Below the pieces are notes generated by a model that ran no database searches, was not told the DNA's origin, and worked only from the letters and a program-made list of their open reading frames with translations. A DNA stretch of 63,639 nt, filler included, from Chrysochromulina tobinii (taxonomy: Eukaryota): NCBI GenBank assembly GCA_001275005.1. It is 8 parts of 8 records of this genome, joined end to end, with 100 filler letters (N's around TTAATTAATTAA, not from the genome) between each part and the next. Parts side by side here need not be neighbours in the genome. Positions count along the whole stretch, not along the records: positions 1 to 15,936 come from JWZX01000112.1; 7 more parts are not named here. The stretch is one strand, 5' to 3'. The position numbers were made by a program, and so were the translations under genes. Numbering within the stretch: position 1 is the stretch's first letter; each line of letters opens with the position of its first letter. Positions 1 to 12,346 of this stretch are shown here, one piece after another.

Positions 1-1626
1 AGGGCGATTCAAGCACTCCGCCGCCACCCGAGCGCACTCGTGATGAATGACCTCATTGACGAGAGTCTCGGTCGGGAGCGGCGCCTTAGTTGAGAGCGGC
101 GGGGGCGGGGGGATCCCTGGCGCGGGCTTGGGGAGGAAGCTCGGGCGTGTCGGCCGGGGTGAGGGCAGCAGGGGCGGCGAGGGCGCTCTTGGCTCGGGCA
201 AGTCCGGCGTCGGGGAGGCTAGATGGACCACGCTGGGCGCTTGCGGCCTCTCTGCCGCCGCCAACGGCTTTTCCGTAACCGCCGGTTTCGTCGTCGGCTT
301 GGGCGATCCTAATCGGGCTATGCTCGCTTGGGCTCTCGGGACGGCCACGGCAGGCGCCGGTGCGCTCGCCTTGGGCGGCGGTGGCGGCGGGGGTGGGCGG
401 TTCAAGCACTCCGCCGCCACTTGAGCGCACTCGTGATCAACGACCTCATTAGTGAGCGTCTCGGCCACGCCAGTGAGATCGAGCGCCTCGCGCGCAACCT
501 CGGCGCACTCCTCCGCCACCACCTCTGCGACCATCCTATCGCGAATCGGCTCAAGCGCCGGCAATGCCTTGGGCTTCGCGAGCGCCTCGCGCGCCACCTC
601 GATGCTCTCCTCCGCCACCACCTCCTCGATGACCCTATCCCGCGTTACCTTTCTCTCGATCACCTCGCGCGCAACCTCGGCGCTCTCCTCCGCCACCACC
701 TCGGCGACCATCCTATCGCGAATCGGCTCGAGCGCCGGCAATGCCTTGGGCAGCGGCTTTCCAGGCGCAGAAGGTGGACTAGCCTTTGGTCTGCCAAGCT
801 TTGGAGGAGGCTCCGCGGCAGCGGGGGCGGTCGCCGCGGGGGGTTCCCCGAGCTTTGGGGGCGCGCGCACCGAAGGAGCCTTTGGCGGCGGCGGTTGCTG
901 CCCTGGCACTTCAGGCCTGTCAGGCGGAGGTGACTTCGGCTTGCTCGGCGTGTCCGGCTCCTCGATGAGCTTGCGCACGACTTTGCCGTCACGCCAATAG
1001 CCGGGCTTCCGTCGCCAGTACCCCGAAGTGGCACCCTCAGCACTGATGACGCGCTGGAGCGTGTCGCGCAAGAAGGTCGCGTACTCCTGAGGCTTGATGC
1101 CGCGGCTGTAGTGGTCCGCGAGCTCGAACAGCGAATCGAAAAAGAAGTCTCGCTCAAACTCCAAAATGTTGCCACTCGTGTCCTGTTCCCATGCCTCCTC
1201 AGCCTGCCGTCGTGCCTCTGCATCATCAAACTTGTGGCCCTTGGGCACGATGGCGAGATGGCGGCTGATACGCGAGTAGAGCTCGATGTAGTGCTCGCGC
1301 GTCATGGTGAAGGTCGTCGTGTCAAACTCCTCTTCGCTATCACTCTCCGAAAGGGCGTTCACCAAGTCACCGTTCAGATCGTAAACGGTCGCGTCCCAGA
1401 AGGCTTGCAGCGCGGCAATCACGGTGGAGTCCTCTCGGTTTTCTGCGCGCGCTTTGATAGCCTCCTTGGTGTACATGTCCTCGTCACCCTGAATAGTGTA
1501 CGGGATCTTCTGCAATTCCTTCGCACTCTTTACGAATGGGATGGCACCCTCACCAGGCGGAGAGATGAGTCCAACTCTCGGAGAGATGAGTCGAGGCTCG
1601 TCCGAAAGCTCAGTTCGAGGCGCCAT
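1..1626 (-). CDS. Hypothetical protein, 3'-truncated at window edge; globular N-terminal domain (…FFFDSLFELADHY…) followed by Pro-rich and repeated EVVAEE/HECAxVAAECLNRP segments
   Basis: Absent from the ORF track because the frame has no stop before base 1. My minus-strand translation from CACC-ATG-G at 1626 gives MAPRTELSDEPRLISPRVG…YTIQGDEDMYTKEAIKAR…WEQDTSGNILEFERDFFFDSLFELADHYSRG… with GC3-rich codons. Internal DNA duplications lie at ~485-570/~662-750 and ~10-60/~400-450. Confidence 0.75.
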   Translation of the reverse strand, partial: MAPRTELSDEPRLISPRVGLISPPGEGAIPFVKSAKELQKIPYTIQGDEDMYTKEAIKARAENREDSTVIAALQAFWDATVYDLNGDLVNALSESDSEEEFDTTTFTMTREHYIELYSRISRHLAIVPKGHKFDDAEARRQAEEAWEQDTSGNILEFERDFFFDSLFELADHYSRGIKPQEYATFLRDTLQRVISAEGATSGYWRRKPGYWRDGKVVRKLIEEPDTPSKPKSPPPDRPEVPGQQPPPPKAPSVRAPPKLGEPPAATAPAAAEPPPKLGRPKASPPSAPGKPLPKALPALEPIRDRMVAEVVAEESAEVAREVIERKVTRDRVIEEVVAEESIEVAREALAKPKALPALEPIRDRMVAEVVAEECAEVAREALDLTGVAETLTNEVVDHECAQVAAECLNRPPPPPPPPKASAPAPAVAVPRAQASIARLGSPKPTTKPAVTEKPLAAAERPQAPSVVHLASPTPDLPEPRAPSPPLLPSPRPTRPSFLPKPAPGIPPPPPLSTKAPLPTETLVNEVIHHECARVAAECLNRP

Positions 1627-2130
1627 GGTGCCAAGAGTTCTGCCGGGCAATGCCGTGATACGGTGATCGGAATTGTCTGCACCGCGACACTGCGGCGCGT
1701 GTCCGAGGCCTCGGTCAGCGCAATGCAACTGAAACCTTCACCGAAACCGCGGAAGGACGCTCGGGTCGTCGTGGCGTGAGGCCTCCCTTATTGTTTTCTT
1801 TCTGAGCGAAACCGTCAAAATTCCTCAGAATAGTGTGAAATGAACTTAACCGTGAATATTCTTGTACCTCCGAGCTTATGATCTCCGCTCTAAATTGAAA
1901 CGAGTGGGTCGGTCCTTCGCTAAACGATGTGTGGTGGTTCCACACACTCCCGCCCCCTTAACACATGTCCTTGCTTGTGAGCATGTGCTCCGTGGCTGCG
2001 ATGAGGGCCTGAGGCCCATGTGCTGAGGCCATGGTATGCCGCTCAGCACGACCCTCTCCGCAATCCCAACCCACTGGCACGTTGTGGAAAGCTTGAAGCA
2101 TGAAGGTTAGCTGGCGTCGCCGCTGGCCCG

Positions 2131-5100
2131 TCACGATCGCATGCCCGCCGACATGAGCGGATGGCTCACCCCGTGCACGCGCTCGTACTCGGAGACCCCG
2201 GCGACGAAGGTGGCGGCGGCACGCCCAAGCGGGCGCTGCACCAGGTGCTCACCCTCGAGCAGCTTGGCCAAGGGCACGGGCGGCAGCTCGGGGAACTGCC
2301 GATGGATCTCGGAGAGGACTCGAGGCGCGTCCGCCTCGAGGAGCACCTGCCACAGACGATCCTCCCTGGCAGAGTCGAGGAGGAGGACGAGGGTCACCAC
2401 GGACGCATAGAGCGCCTCGTCGCGCACGTTGCGCGGCGGCGTGCCCGCGACGACGCTCGATAGGCGCGCCAGCTCGCGTGCGACGGTGCAGTCGCGCTGC
2501 AACGCGCTCACGAGCTGCTCGAAGAGCCTCGGCTTCGTGTGCCGGTGGGTGAGCACGGCTGCCAGCATCCTGAGCCCCTCAGAGCGGAGTGCCATACCCT
2601 TGTGGAACGGCACGAAAGTTCCGGGCAGCTTGATGAGGGGCAGCTCGAAGGTGCGCGTGTCGGGCAGCGCGCCGAGGAGGATGAGACGATCGACAGCATC
2701 GCTCGCCTCGATCTGCTGCCCAAGCACGCTCGGATCGGCGAGGAGCGCCTGCCACAAGCTGAGGCGCGCCTCGCGGCCGGCGGCGTACTCTTGCAGGAAG
2801 AGCTTCGGCACGCGCACCTGTGGGGAAGCAAGGGCGCCATGGTGAGCGTTTGCATGCAAGGCAGGAGGAGCTTCGGCACGCAAGGGCGCCATGGTGAGCG
2901 TTTGCATGCAAGGCAGGACGAGCTTCGGCACGCAAGGGCGCCATGGTGAGCGTTTGCATGCAAGGCAGGAAGAGCTTCGGCACGCGCACCTCGAGGCCGA
3001 GGCACGAGGCGAGCTCGAGTTGGCCGCGCTGCAGGTACTCAATGGCCATGCGCCCGAGCTGAAGCTTCTCGGCGAGGCCGGCGAGGGGCGGTGCCGTGGG
3101 CAGTTGGGGCAGCAGCAGCGAGCACAGCAACTCGAGGGCCGATCGCTGTAGCCGGAGTAACGGCATCTGCGCCACATCGGAGAGCACTGGGGGCGGCGAC
3201 ACGAGCGCACTATCTCCCGAGCCGAGATCCAGCGACGGTACGCCAGAGGCGAGCTGGCGAGGCGGGATGGCGCCCGCCGCGAGCGCCGCGCGCGCGATCC
3301 ACGCGACTGCGCCGGTGCGCACCAGCAGCTCGAGAGGCGCCACCTCAGCGGGCGCCCGTACCACCCCGGCTGCTTGGAAGAGACGAAAGCATGCCTGCAC
3401 CGCCGCCTCCGCCGCCTGCTCTGACGCTCGCGCCTCCGCGGCCGCTCGCGCCTCCGCGGCACCTGCCTTCTCCCACGTGCCGCTGTTCGCGCTCAGGGCG
3501 CTCGCGCTCACGACGCTGCGAGGGGTGCTGGCAGCGGCCGGGGCGGCCTGGCTCGAATGCTCGCGAGGCGTCATCCCGGGTGTCGTCACCGCCCCGCCAC
3601 GCGGCGAATCGTACAGCGGGTGAGGGCACGCATAGCCTGCCCGCTCGAGCGGGTTGGACAGCATCGCCGCGGGCACCCACGGGACCGTCGCGCTCGCCGG
3701 CGCGAGATCGCCATCTCGCTTGCCGGGTTTGGGGCGCGGCGCTGCCACGGGCAGCTCGCCGAGCGCGCGCCGCACCTGATCTCGCTCGGCGGCCGCTTGG
3801 AGCGTGCGCAGCGAGCGCTCGGCACGACGCACGCCAAGGGCGAGGGTGGCATGCAGGTAGGCGCGTTGGGAGGCGGCGTCGCCGCGGTGGTGGCCCCACG
3901 GGAGGCGCAAGCAGCTGCCCGCATGCAATAGGAGCAGGCGCTCCGCGCTCGCATCCAGAGGGCCATCGAGCTCCATCTCGCTCATGACCTCAAACTCGAG
4001 GTCACGCCGTATGGCCGCCTCGCGATGTCGCGCCGTCTCGAGCGCACTCGAGCCCCCGGGCTGCTGCCCCAACGCCGCCACGGCCGACAGGTTGCTCACG
4101 GTCGACTTTGGGGGTGCCACGTCACCCAGAGCCACGGGCGGCGGGCGCGGTGGCAGCGCGAAGGTAATTGGCTCGGGCGGTAGGCCATGGTCGTCGCCCT
4201 CGGCGACGAGCGTCGCGCGCGCGCGCGTGCCTACGACGGCGAGAGTCGGCGGCGGCGGCAGCTCGAGCCCCAGATCGAGCAACTTCTGACGAAGTGGCGT
4301 GCGCGCGTGCAGGTACTCGAGCGCCGGAGGTACTCCCTCGGCCACCACGCGCTCGAAGATGGCCCGCACGCCAAAGTCGACAAGCTGTTGGGCATCGGGC
4401 ACGCGCGTGGGCATGATGAGGTGCATGAGCCCGCCCCACACGTTGGCGCGCTGCATGGCCACGTGCACCTCGGGCTGGTCACTGAGCGCGAGCAGCCCGA
4501 AGAGCTCAACGCACTTCTCGCGCACGGCAAGTGCCTCGGCCGCGTCGTGCAAGGGTCGCGAGAGCGCGGCCATCATCGCATGCTGAGAGAAGCAGCCGTA
4601 GAGCATCGCCGTCGCCTCGGCCGACGCCGCCTCGAGCGCCGTCGCGGGCGCCGAGCCGCCACCGTCCAAACTCGGCGCCCGCGACGGCGCGCCACCGTCC
4701 AAGCTCGGCGCCCGCGACGGCGCGCCACCGTCCAAACTCGGCGCCCGCGACGGCGCGCCACCGTCCAAGCTGGGGCCGTGCTGGGAGAGCTTCGCAATGC
4801 GGACGAAGAGCTCGAGCGCCGCTGCGCGCACGCCCGCGTCGGCGTCCGAGAGGGCGGGGAAGGCGTGCTGCGGAACCTCGAGCTGCGCGCACATCCGGAT
4901 CCCCGGCTTGCGCCGCAGCATGCCGCCCAGGTGCGTGAGCGCGGTGCACTTGGGCGCGTCGTGCCGCGGCAGCGGCAGCGGCGGCATCCGAGGCGGCCTT
5001 GGAGCCTGACGCTGCAGAGTCGGAGGGCGGCGCGCTCGGATGGAGCCCGCACAGGCTCGCGAGCGCGGGGAGCAGCTCGGCACAATCGCCGCGCGTCAGC

Positions 5101-5604
5101 GTTGGGGGGGCGAGCAGCGTACGTGCCACCACACTCGACGCGCCAGCGCCAGCGCGGTGCGTGGTCTTGCCCAGGGCCGTCGCTCCGGCGGCGTCGGCAG
5201 CCTCGGCGGCCGCGGCAGCGTTGGCGGCTTGCAGCGCTTGGCGCAGCGAGGGGAGCGAAAAGGAACCAGTGCCGTCCTCGCCCAGCATGGCTTCGAGCAC
5301 TGGCTGCAGCGCCGCATGCAACGAAGGAGTCCATCGGTGCGAGCCATCGGGCGCATACGCGCGCCACGCAGCGCGCGGCGTGCTCGCGTCATGCACGAGG
5401 CTGGCGTACAAGGCCGCCGCGCCCGCCGACGACGGCGTGCAGTCCGCTGAGTCGTCCGAGATCGCCCGAGATGTCCGAGAGTTGCCCGAGATGTCGAGCA
5501 GCTCGCCACTCATTCCGCCGTCGAGTAGTGACGCGCCCGCGGGGCTTGCGCTCAGCCGGACGATGACGGACGCCGGGAGCGTCGTGGGGGGCGGCAAGGT
5601 GCCT

Positions 5605-5636
<32 letters not shown>

Positions 5637-8600
5637 CGCGGCGCTCGGCGCGCTCGGCTTGGATGGCATGTGTGAGGCGAGCCAGTCGGGCGCGAGGCAC
5701 GCTCGAGGGGAGGTGAGTCGCGCATCTCCGCACGCGAGCATCACGAGCTGCGACATCAGGGGCGCCACGTAGGGGCGCACGAACGAGTCGTTCAGGTCGG
5801 CACTCGAGATGAGAGTCCGCAGGGCGCGCCCAAACTTGAGCAGAGGGCCCACGCGTGGGTCGGAGCGCGGCAACGGCGGCGTCCCGTCCGCCGTGAGCTC
5901 GGCGAGGTCGTGAAGTACCATCAGACGCAGCGAGCCCCAGACGTCGTGCGTCACGATGGCCATACGCACGAGCGTACGACACGCCTCTGCCTCGGCGGCG
6001 GTCGTTGGGCGCGCCGGCCGAACAATGGAGCCAGCACCCCCGCTCGAGCTCGCACCGCTCGAGCTTCCGGGCGGTGGACCAGCCGCAAAGCTCACCGTCG
6101 GCCCTCGTGAGCTCGAGAGCGGGGCCACCGAAGCGCGACTCATGCACGTGTACGGGTCGATGCAGGTGTCGAAGGCGCGCTGGAGCAGCGAGTCAAACCC
6201 ATGGGTAGGCATACGTCCAGCCGCGAGGCGCAGCCTGTGGAGCTCCCGCATCGGGTTCGTCAGCTCGCGCTCAATGTAGCGCTCGGGCCTCGGCAGTTTC
6301 ATGTACTGCTGCGCCACGTGCTTGGCGGCGAGCAGCGTCCCCTGATCGATGGCAAAGAGCTTGCAGGCAAGCAGCCCGTCGAGGGAGGGGCGCGCCTGCG
6401 GGTGCGCCTGCAGGCAGCTCGCGATCACGTCGGCGATCGCTGGGGCGCCGTCCTCAGCGCGCGTGCCCGGCGGCTCGCCCGGCAGCTCGCCCGGCCATAG
6501 ATCGACCGGGATGGCATTGGGATCGCTCTTCACGGCCGCACGCCGTAAGCTGACCGATGGCAGCTGCGATGCCTCCACGAAGGCGCGAGCGCGGGGCAAG
6601 GCCGCGCCGCGCGCGCCACCCACCGCCCCACCATCCTCCTCGGCGCCCACGACGACGCTCGTGGGGCGCCGGAACGTCGAGGCGTCGTCGTGGGCGCGCT
6701 CCGCCGAGCGCCTGGCTTTGGCCTTGAGCGTCGCAAACGGGTCGTAGGTGAACGGCGGTACCGGCACGAGGGAACGGCTGCGCTCGCCCTCGGCCGGTGG
6801 CAAAGACGCGGCCGCGGCCGCGGTGGCCTCGGCGGCGGCCGCCCCAACCTCACTCAACTCGGCCGCGGCCGCCTCGCGCGCCTCGAGCTCCTCAACCGCC
6901 GTCCGTGGCCGCGATGGAGGCGCCGCCGCGGGCAGTGTGGTCGCCCGATGGTGCGCCGGCAGCGGCTCGAGTGTCGCTGCGAGGATCGTGGGCACAGCCG
7001 CTCGTGGGTCGAGTCCCAGTGCCGTGCAGTGCTCGAGCACGGACGTCGCATAGTCCGCTGGCGGCTCGCCGTAGTACGCCTCGAATAGGAAGCGACCCAC
7101 GTTCCACAGATCGATGCTCGCGCTCAGGAACTCACTGCCCTTCGAGTCGCGCCACGCGCCGCGGGGGTTGCCATCGGGGCCGGCGACGCCCTCACTGGGC
7201 ACGATGGTGCGGGCGAGCAGCTCGGGTGGGAGCAGAGCCTCCTCGAGAGGCGCGCCCACCATCCCCTCGAGCGCCTGAGCGCCCCAGCCCGAGGCGCTGG
7301 CGCGCGTGAAAGCTGCAGACGGGAGTGCGTCTGGCATCGAGCGCACGAGCGGCTTGGCGAACAGGACCTCATCGACACCGGTGGACGCCCGTGCTGCTGC
7401 CAAGTCGGCCCGAGGCGCGGCGGTCATCGCGCTGCTGATGGGCCCTCGGAGGGGCGGTAGCTCGTTCGCCGACAGAACACGGCCGCCGCCGTCGAGCGTG
7501 CTGCCATCAGTCAAGGCAAAGTTGGCGAGAGCCGACGGTCCCAGTTTGATGCGACGCCCATCCGAGGAGACGAGAATGTGCGAGAGGCGGAGCGTGCGCA
7601 GCAGGATGCCGCGCTTGTGCGCTGCTTGGAGCGCGAGTAGAAGCTGACGACCCCAGAGAGAGAGGATGTGCCGCAAGAGCAGCGCCTCGCCGCCGCCCTC
7701 GTCCTTGCCAACGCCGCCGTCCGCTGACGAGGGTTGACCCTTTTTGGGCTCCGCACCGAGCTTGCCGCCGAGAGGGCCGTTAAGCGCGAGCAGCTGGTCG
7801 AGTGGCGTCATGTTGGGCGTGGGCTCGTAGGCGAGGTGCGCTTCGTGCTGCCGTTGGCGCACCGAGGGAGGCGTGAGCTCATACCCGAGGGCACGTGTGT
7901 ACAGCTCGCAGGCATCGGCGAGGGCGCGGGAGGCAGCCACCTCGATGGCGAGATGGTCTCCACCTCGGGAGGAGCCGAGGGCAGCCTGCGACACCACCGC
8001 GACGCAGCCGATAGCGCCCCCACCAGAGCGCTCGTGCGCCGCGTATACGATCCGCGGGGGTTCGGAGGCGGACTCGATCGGCATCGAGCGATCGATCTCA
8101 TAAGGGGGCGGACGCGGCGGCGGCACATGAGGGGGCGACAGCTCGAACGCCGACTTGGCGCGTGGCGCGTACGGCGGCGGCGGCGGCGCGAGCATCTCGA
8201 GCAGCTGCCGGCGCACGTACCCGATGGCGTGCGCGCGGAGATGGGCATGCAGCGTGTCGAGCGATCTCAGCGCAATCTCGCCGAGCGCCTCCCAGCGTGC
8301 GGCGCGGCCCTCAGCGGCAAAGCGCGCCGCGTGGCGCGGGGTTGCGCACTGCTTCACGAGGTACGCCACCGTCGTACCCAGCGCGTGTGCATCGTCCCGC
8401 AGCCGTTCGATCGGATCCAAATCCTTGACGAGCCGCGTGAACACGAATTCGTCAATGCGCGCGCCGTTGCCGTACACCTCGCCGGTGTTGTCGGGCGGGG
8501 GCAGCCCGGGCTCGACCTGCCAAGGGTAGCGCATCTTTTCGGCGGGCACGCCGCCGTCGGGCGCGGGCTTCTCGATCAGCCCCTTTTGGGCCGCCCGCTT

Positions 8601-11185
8601 CGAGGCGGCGGACGGCTTGAACTCGCGCAGCTCGGCCAGCCAGCGCCGGAGCGACTGGAGGTTGTTCAGGGGCGTGCACAGCAGCTGGTGCTCGCGGCAG
8701 ATCGAGTAGACCTGGGTGAGCGTGAGCGAGGGCGCCCCTTCGTGCTTGGGCCGATTGCGCGCGCGCGCCTCGAGCGCCTCCGCCTCGCGCACCGCATAGA
8801 AGAAGACCTGGCGCAGCAGGTAGCGCAGCAGGCACTCGTTGGCGCATGTCAGCTGATCGTACTCAATCGTACTCAATCGTACTCAATCGTACTCAATCGC
8901 AATCCATCGCAATCCATCGAAATCAATTGTACCTGACGCAGCAGGCTTTCATCGAGCGAGTCCGCGAGCGAGGCGCGGTGGAGGGAGGCGTGGCGGAGCA
9001 GTTCCATCCGCGCCGTACGCGCCGAGTCGTGCGTCCGGCGTGCGTTCGCAACGACATCGCCCAGCCCCGCCTCGGCCGCGCGTAGCCGGAGGAGCGCGGC
9101 GCGCCAATCCTTCGCGGCGGTCGCCTCGAGCGTCGCGTACGTATCCTTATCGAGGATCTCGTCAAAGCGAGCTGCCTCGATCTGGAGGAGAGCTCGCGTC
9201 ACCGCCCAGAGGGCGAGGTGGCCGCCGGGGGGTGGAGAGTTCGATGAAGGCGGCCCCACCACCGCCTTGCCCTTGAACGGGGTGCCACGGGCCGTGAGCA
9301 CAAGCAACCCTTCGGGCCCTCTCCAGCCGGTAACGACACCCAGGCGCAGGGGGGGCTCGGCGGTGTGTATGACGAGGCAATTCACGTACGGCGGGTTCGT
9401 CACTGTCCACTCGGGGCGCATGGGCTCGTAACGGCCTGGCCCGACGCGCACGTGAGCGCCACCCTCGGGCGCAGTGAGCGGGTGCGGCATCGCGTCCACG
9501 TCCCAGAAGCGCACTGAGCAGTCCATGGCTGATGTGACGAGGAGCGCCGAGTCGGGCAGGAAGGTCACGTCCGTCACGGCGGCCGTGTGCCCAGTGAGCA
9601 CGCGCTCACACACGACCTCGATGGCGGGCGGGCCATCGCCCACGCCGCTGGGGTCGCCGCGCTTGCCTTCAGCCTCGCGCTTGGCCGCCGCTTGGCGCTG
9701 GACCTCGGCAAAGTAGTCGTTGGGTGGCGGGTTGGCGCGGCGTGGGGTCAGACTCCACACTCGCACTGAACAGTCGCCGCCCGCGGAAGCGTCTCCGAAG
9801 GGCGGCGTCCCCCCGCCGAGCGTCGCGAGCCGTTGCAGGCGCAGCAGCCACTGAAGGCGCGGCGGCGCACCCAGGTGACCGCCCAACTCGGCGCGCAATG
9901 CGCCTGAGCCGGCGTCGAAGGCGAGCACGGCGGCCGACCCTTCGAGTGAGAGAAGGAGAAGCTGCACGAGCTCGATGTATGCGAGGTGCGCGACACGACG
10001 GGTGCCGGGCGGCTCGCCCGGCAGCGCGACCGAGACGGACGAGAGTGTGTCGAGCGAGAGGGGCTCGAGGACGCGCACCGTGCCGTCGTGCCAGCTGCAA
10101 TCGAAGAGAAGTAGTTGGGACTCCTCATCGACAGCGATGAGCGGCTCGGTGGGTGCGGATTGCATCGCGGGCGGCGGCAGCAGCGGCGCCGAGTGGCGCA
10201 GCTCGCCGTGCCGGGCGCCCCAGACGAGCATGACGCCGTCCGTGTGCAGCGCGAACACGCGCGCCGTCGCCGCATCCACACAGACCGAGTGGATCGGCGC
10301 CGTCGTGGGCAGCTCGGACGCTTGCTGAGCGGTCTGGCGCACGAGCGGCTGCAGCCCGAGCTGGGGGAGCGGGCAGGTGTGCATCGAGAGCTGGAGGAGC
10401 TCGGCGCGCGAGGCGAGCACCCCAAGCCCGTCCTGCTCGAGGAATGCGAGGCTCGAGTGCGCGTCGCCCGTCGCCACCGCCGTTCCGAAGAGCGACGCGA
10501 CGCATACGGGCTTGGGTAGCAGCCTGCTCTCGAACTCCGCCTGGCGCACACGCGCCGCGAGGATGCCCTCGCCGAGCCGGGCCGCGCGGTCGATGAGCGG
10601 CCCCAGGATGCCCTCCTTCACGAAGTCGATGTTCGCCTTCCGGAAGGTCTTCATGCCTTGCGAGGTCGAGCTCGAGCTCGACTTGGAGAACGCGTTGGCG
10701 GCTCGCACGGCACCCACGGCTCCTCGTAGGCCGATGCCCGTGCCGCCCGGACCCGATCTGGCTTTGCGCGCAGACCTACCCGGATTCGACTCCGCCAGGG
10801 TCTTGGCGCGCTCGGCGGCGATTTTCTCCTCCGCCGCGCGCGCAAACTGGGTGCGCCCGGCGACGCCAAGCAGCGGGCCCGGGATCGATCGCTTGCCGTC
10901 GCCGAGCTCTCCGAGCGCCTTGGCGTCGAGCTTGGCGCTGCTACGCGTGAGGTCCCCGAGCCACTTCTCGCTCCGTTCGGCGTCGCGCCGCACGCCCCGA
11001 GAACGTGCGGCAGCCTGGATGATCGTAGATGCCTCTTCGACTACGGCCGCGGCGGGTGGCGCCGCAGCGGGCGCCGGTCGCGACGGCTGCGGCCGCAGCC
11101 GCTCATCGCTGGCGCGCAGGCCGTACGCCAGATTGGCCGTGGACGATAGGCCGCCAGTCTGGCCGACTGATAGTTCTGATGGCAT
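2131..11185 (-). CDS. ~2,900-aa multidomain protein: IQ-like motif, WD40 repeats, degenerate (pseudo)kinase domain, C-terminal ARM/HEAT-like helical repeats
   Basis: Joins ORFs 8873-11230, 4506-8876, 2579-5083 and 2131-3462 via phase-0 GT-AG introns 8853-8932 and 2818-2989 plus one apparent +1 frameshift near 4952. Motifs: IIQAAARSRGVRR (IQ-like); LTGHTAAVTDVTFLPDSALLVTSAMDCSVRFWD (WD40); RQLLLALQAAHKRGILLRTLRLSHILV, IDLWNVGRFLFE and IASCLQAHPQARPS (kinase subdomains VI, IX, XI). Confidence 0.75.
2818..2989 (-). other. Spliceosomal intron starting with a 25-nt copy of the downstream exon, containing 3 x 52-nt tandem units and the GCATGC…CTCACCA(T/C)GGCGCCC…CCCCACAG cassette
   Basis: Sense sequence: GAG|GTGCGCGTGCCGAAGCTCTTCCTGC…CCCCACAG|GTGCGCGTGCCGAAGCTCTTCCTGC. 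Removal restores LGLE|VRVPKLFLQEY. Confidence 0.85.
8853..8932 (-). other. 80-nt intron filled with 10-nt repeats (GATGGATTGC, GATTGAGTAC)
   Basis: CAG|GTACAA…GATCAG|CTG. Removal joins SLLRQ|LTCANECLL in phase 0. Confidence 0.85.
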
Positions 11186-11455
11186 GCCAGACGACCAGCG
11201 GGCCCCGCGCGGCAAAAGCGGCGTGAGCACAACTTGGCCGCGTGAATGATAATGTACCGGTAACCTGTGGTTTGTGTCCGGGAATCAAAAATCGCCGACG
11301 CGCTCCCCCTGCGCCGATCGACGACCAGCTAGTGGCCAAGGATGACGCCTCAAGGGTTCGGAGGAGGCGGAACGGACGGCGTGTGCAGCCCGACGGGGTT
11401 TTAGCGCTTTTTCTGTGCCACTCACCCACTCTCTCTCTCTCACTCTCTCTAGAGA

Positions 11456-12172
11456 ATGCAGCCGAACGAGCCCCCGATGCACCCGTTCTTCATGCCCAAG
11501 TCCAACGTTTGCTCGACGGCCGCCTCCGCCTTCGAGTTGGAGCCCGCCCCCTCCCACGGGAACTCGGGAAGCTCACCGCGGCGATCGAGCAGACCAAGGA
11601 GGCGAAGGAGACGGGCGCCTCGTGGAACCTCGAGATGCACGAGTCCCGAGGCGCGGGGAGCTCCTCGGACTCGCTGCCCAGGGGTAGGGTAGGGCGTGTG
11701 ATGAGAGGCGGTACTTGCATGAGAGGTTCGCGCCTGCCTTGCCGCACGCACCTCGCATCCCAGCCCACCGCCGGCACTCACTCCGACTCTCAGCTCCCCA
11801 GTTCGCCCCCCGATGCCGGCCGCGCGTCGAGGCGCAGGAGCCGAGCGACGCGAATGTTTGGTTTCTCGCCGAGTACGAGAGCGTGATCGGCCCACCCGGC
11901 AAGCGCAGCGACTACAAGAAGAAGGCCTCCTTTGACGCAGCGAAATCAATCTTCGACCGCAAGGGCGGCTGGCACCACGCGGCATCGAAGGCGTCGTCCA
12001 CGTGCCACAGGCGGACAAGTACATGAGCGGCGTCAAGAGTGTCATGGCGGACATGCGGCGCATCCGGCAGGAGGGAGTGGCATCCGCGGGCGGCGATCCG
12101 CCAATTACATGCGGCGTTGCGAACACCCTACCCGGCCGCCTGCGCAGGGATATCAACGAGAGGCCTTCCTGA
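11456..12172 (+). CDS. Possible small spliced or frameshifted gene of unknown function
   Basis: Coding-like GC3 segments occur in different frames (MHPFFMPKSNVC…; ELGKLTAAIEQTKEAKETGASWNLEMHE; EPSDANVWFLAEYESVIGPPGKRSDYKKK; VPQADKYMSGVKSVMADMRRIRQEG), with a CT-rich acceptor ending TAG at ~11452. I could not build a clean model. Confidence 0.35.
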
Positions 12173-12346
12173 TGCATGGCACGAACGCTGGCGTGCTTTT
12201 CAAAAACCCTTTCTTTCAATCCCGCATCTTCCTGCAAACACCCCCTTCCCACCTCTTTATTCACAATGCATGCAAGGCAAGGCTCCCCCGATGTTCCCCA
12301 CAGCTCGCCTTCGACGCCGTCCTCGCGTGACTTCTCTCATCTTCAC

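Noticed and set aside
47..1779. Plus-strand ORFs 47-424, 328-933, 452-1000 and 1111-1779, and most short overlapping ORFs in the track
   Set aside because: They are shadow ORFs typical of high-GC DNA; the real frame here is the minus-strand gene starting at 1626.
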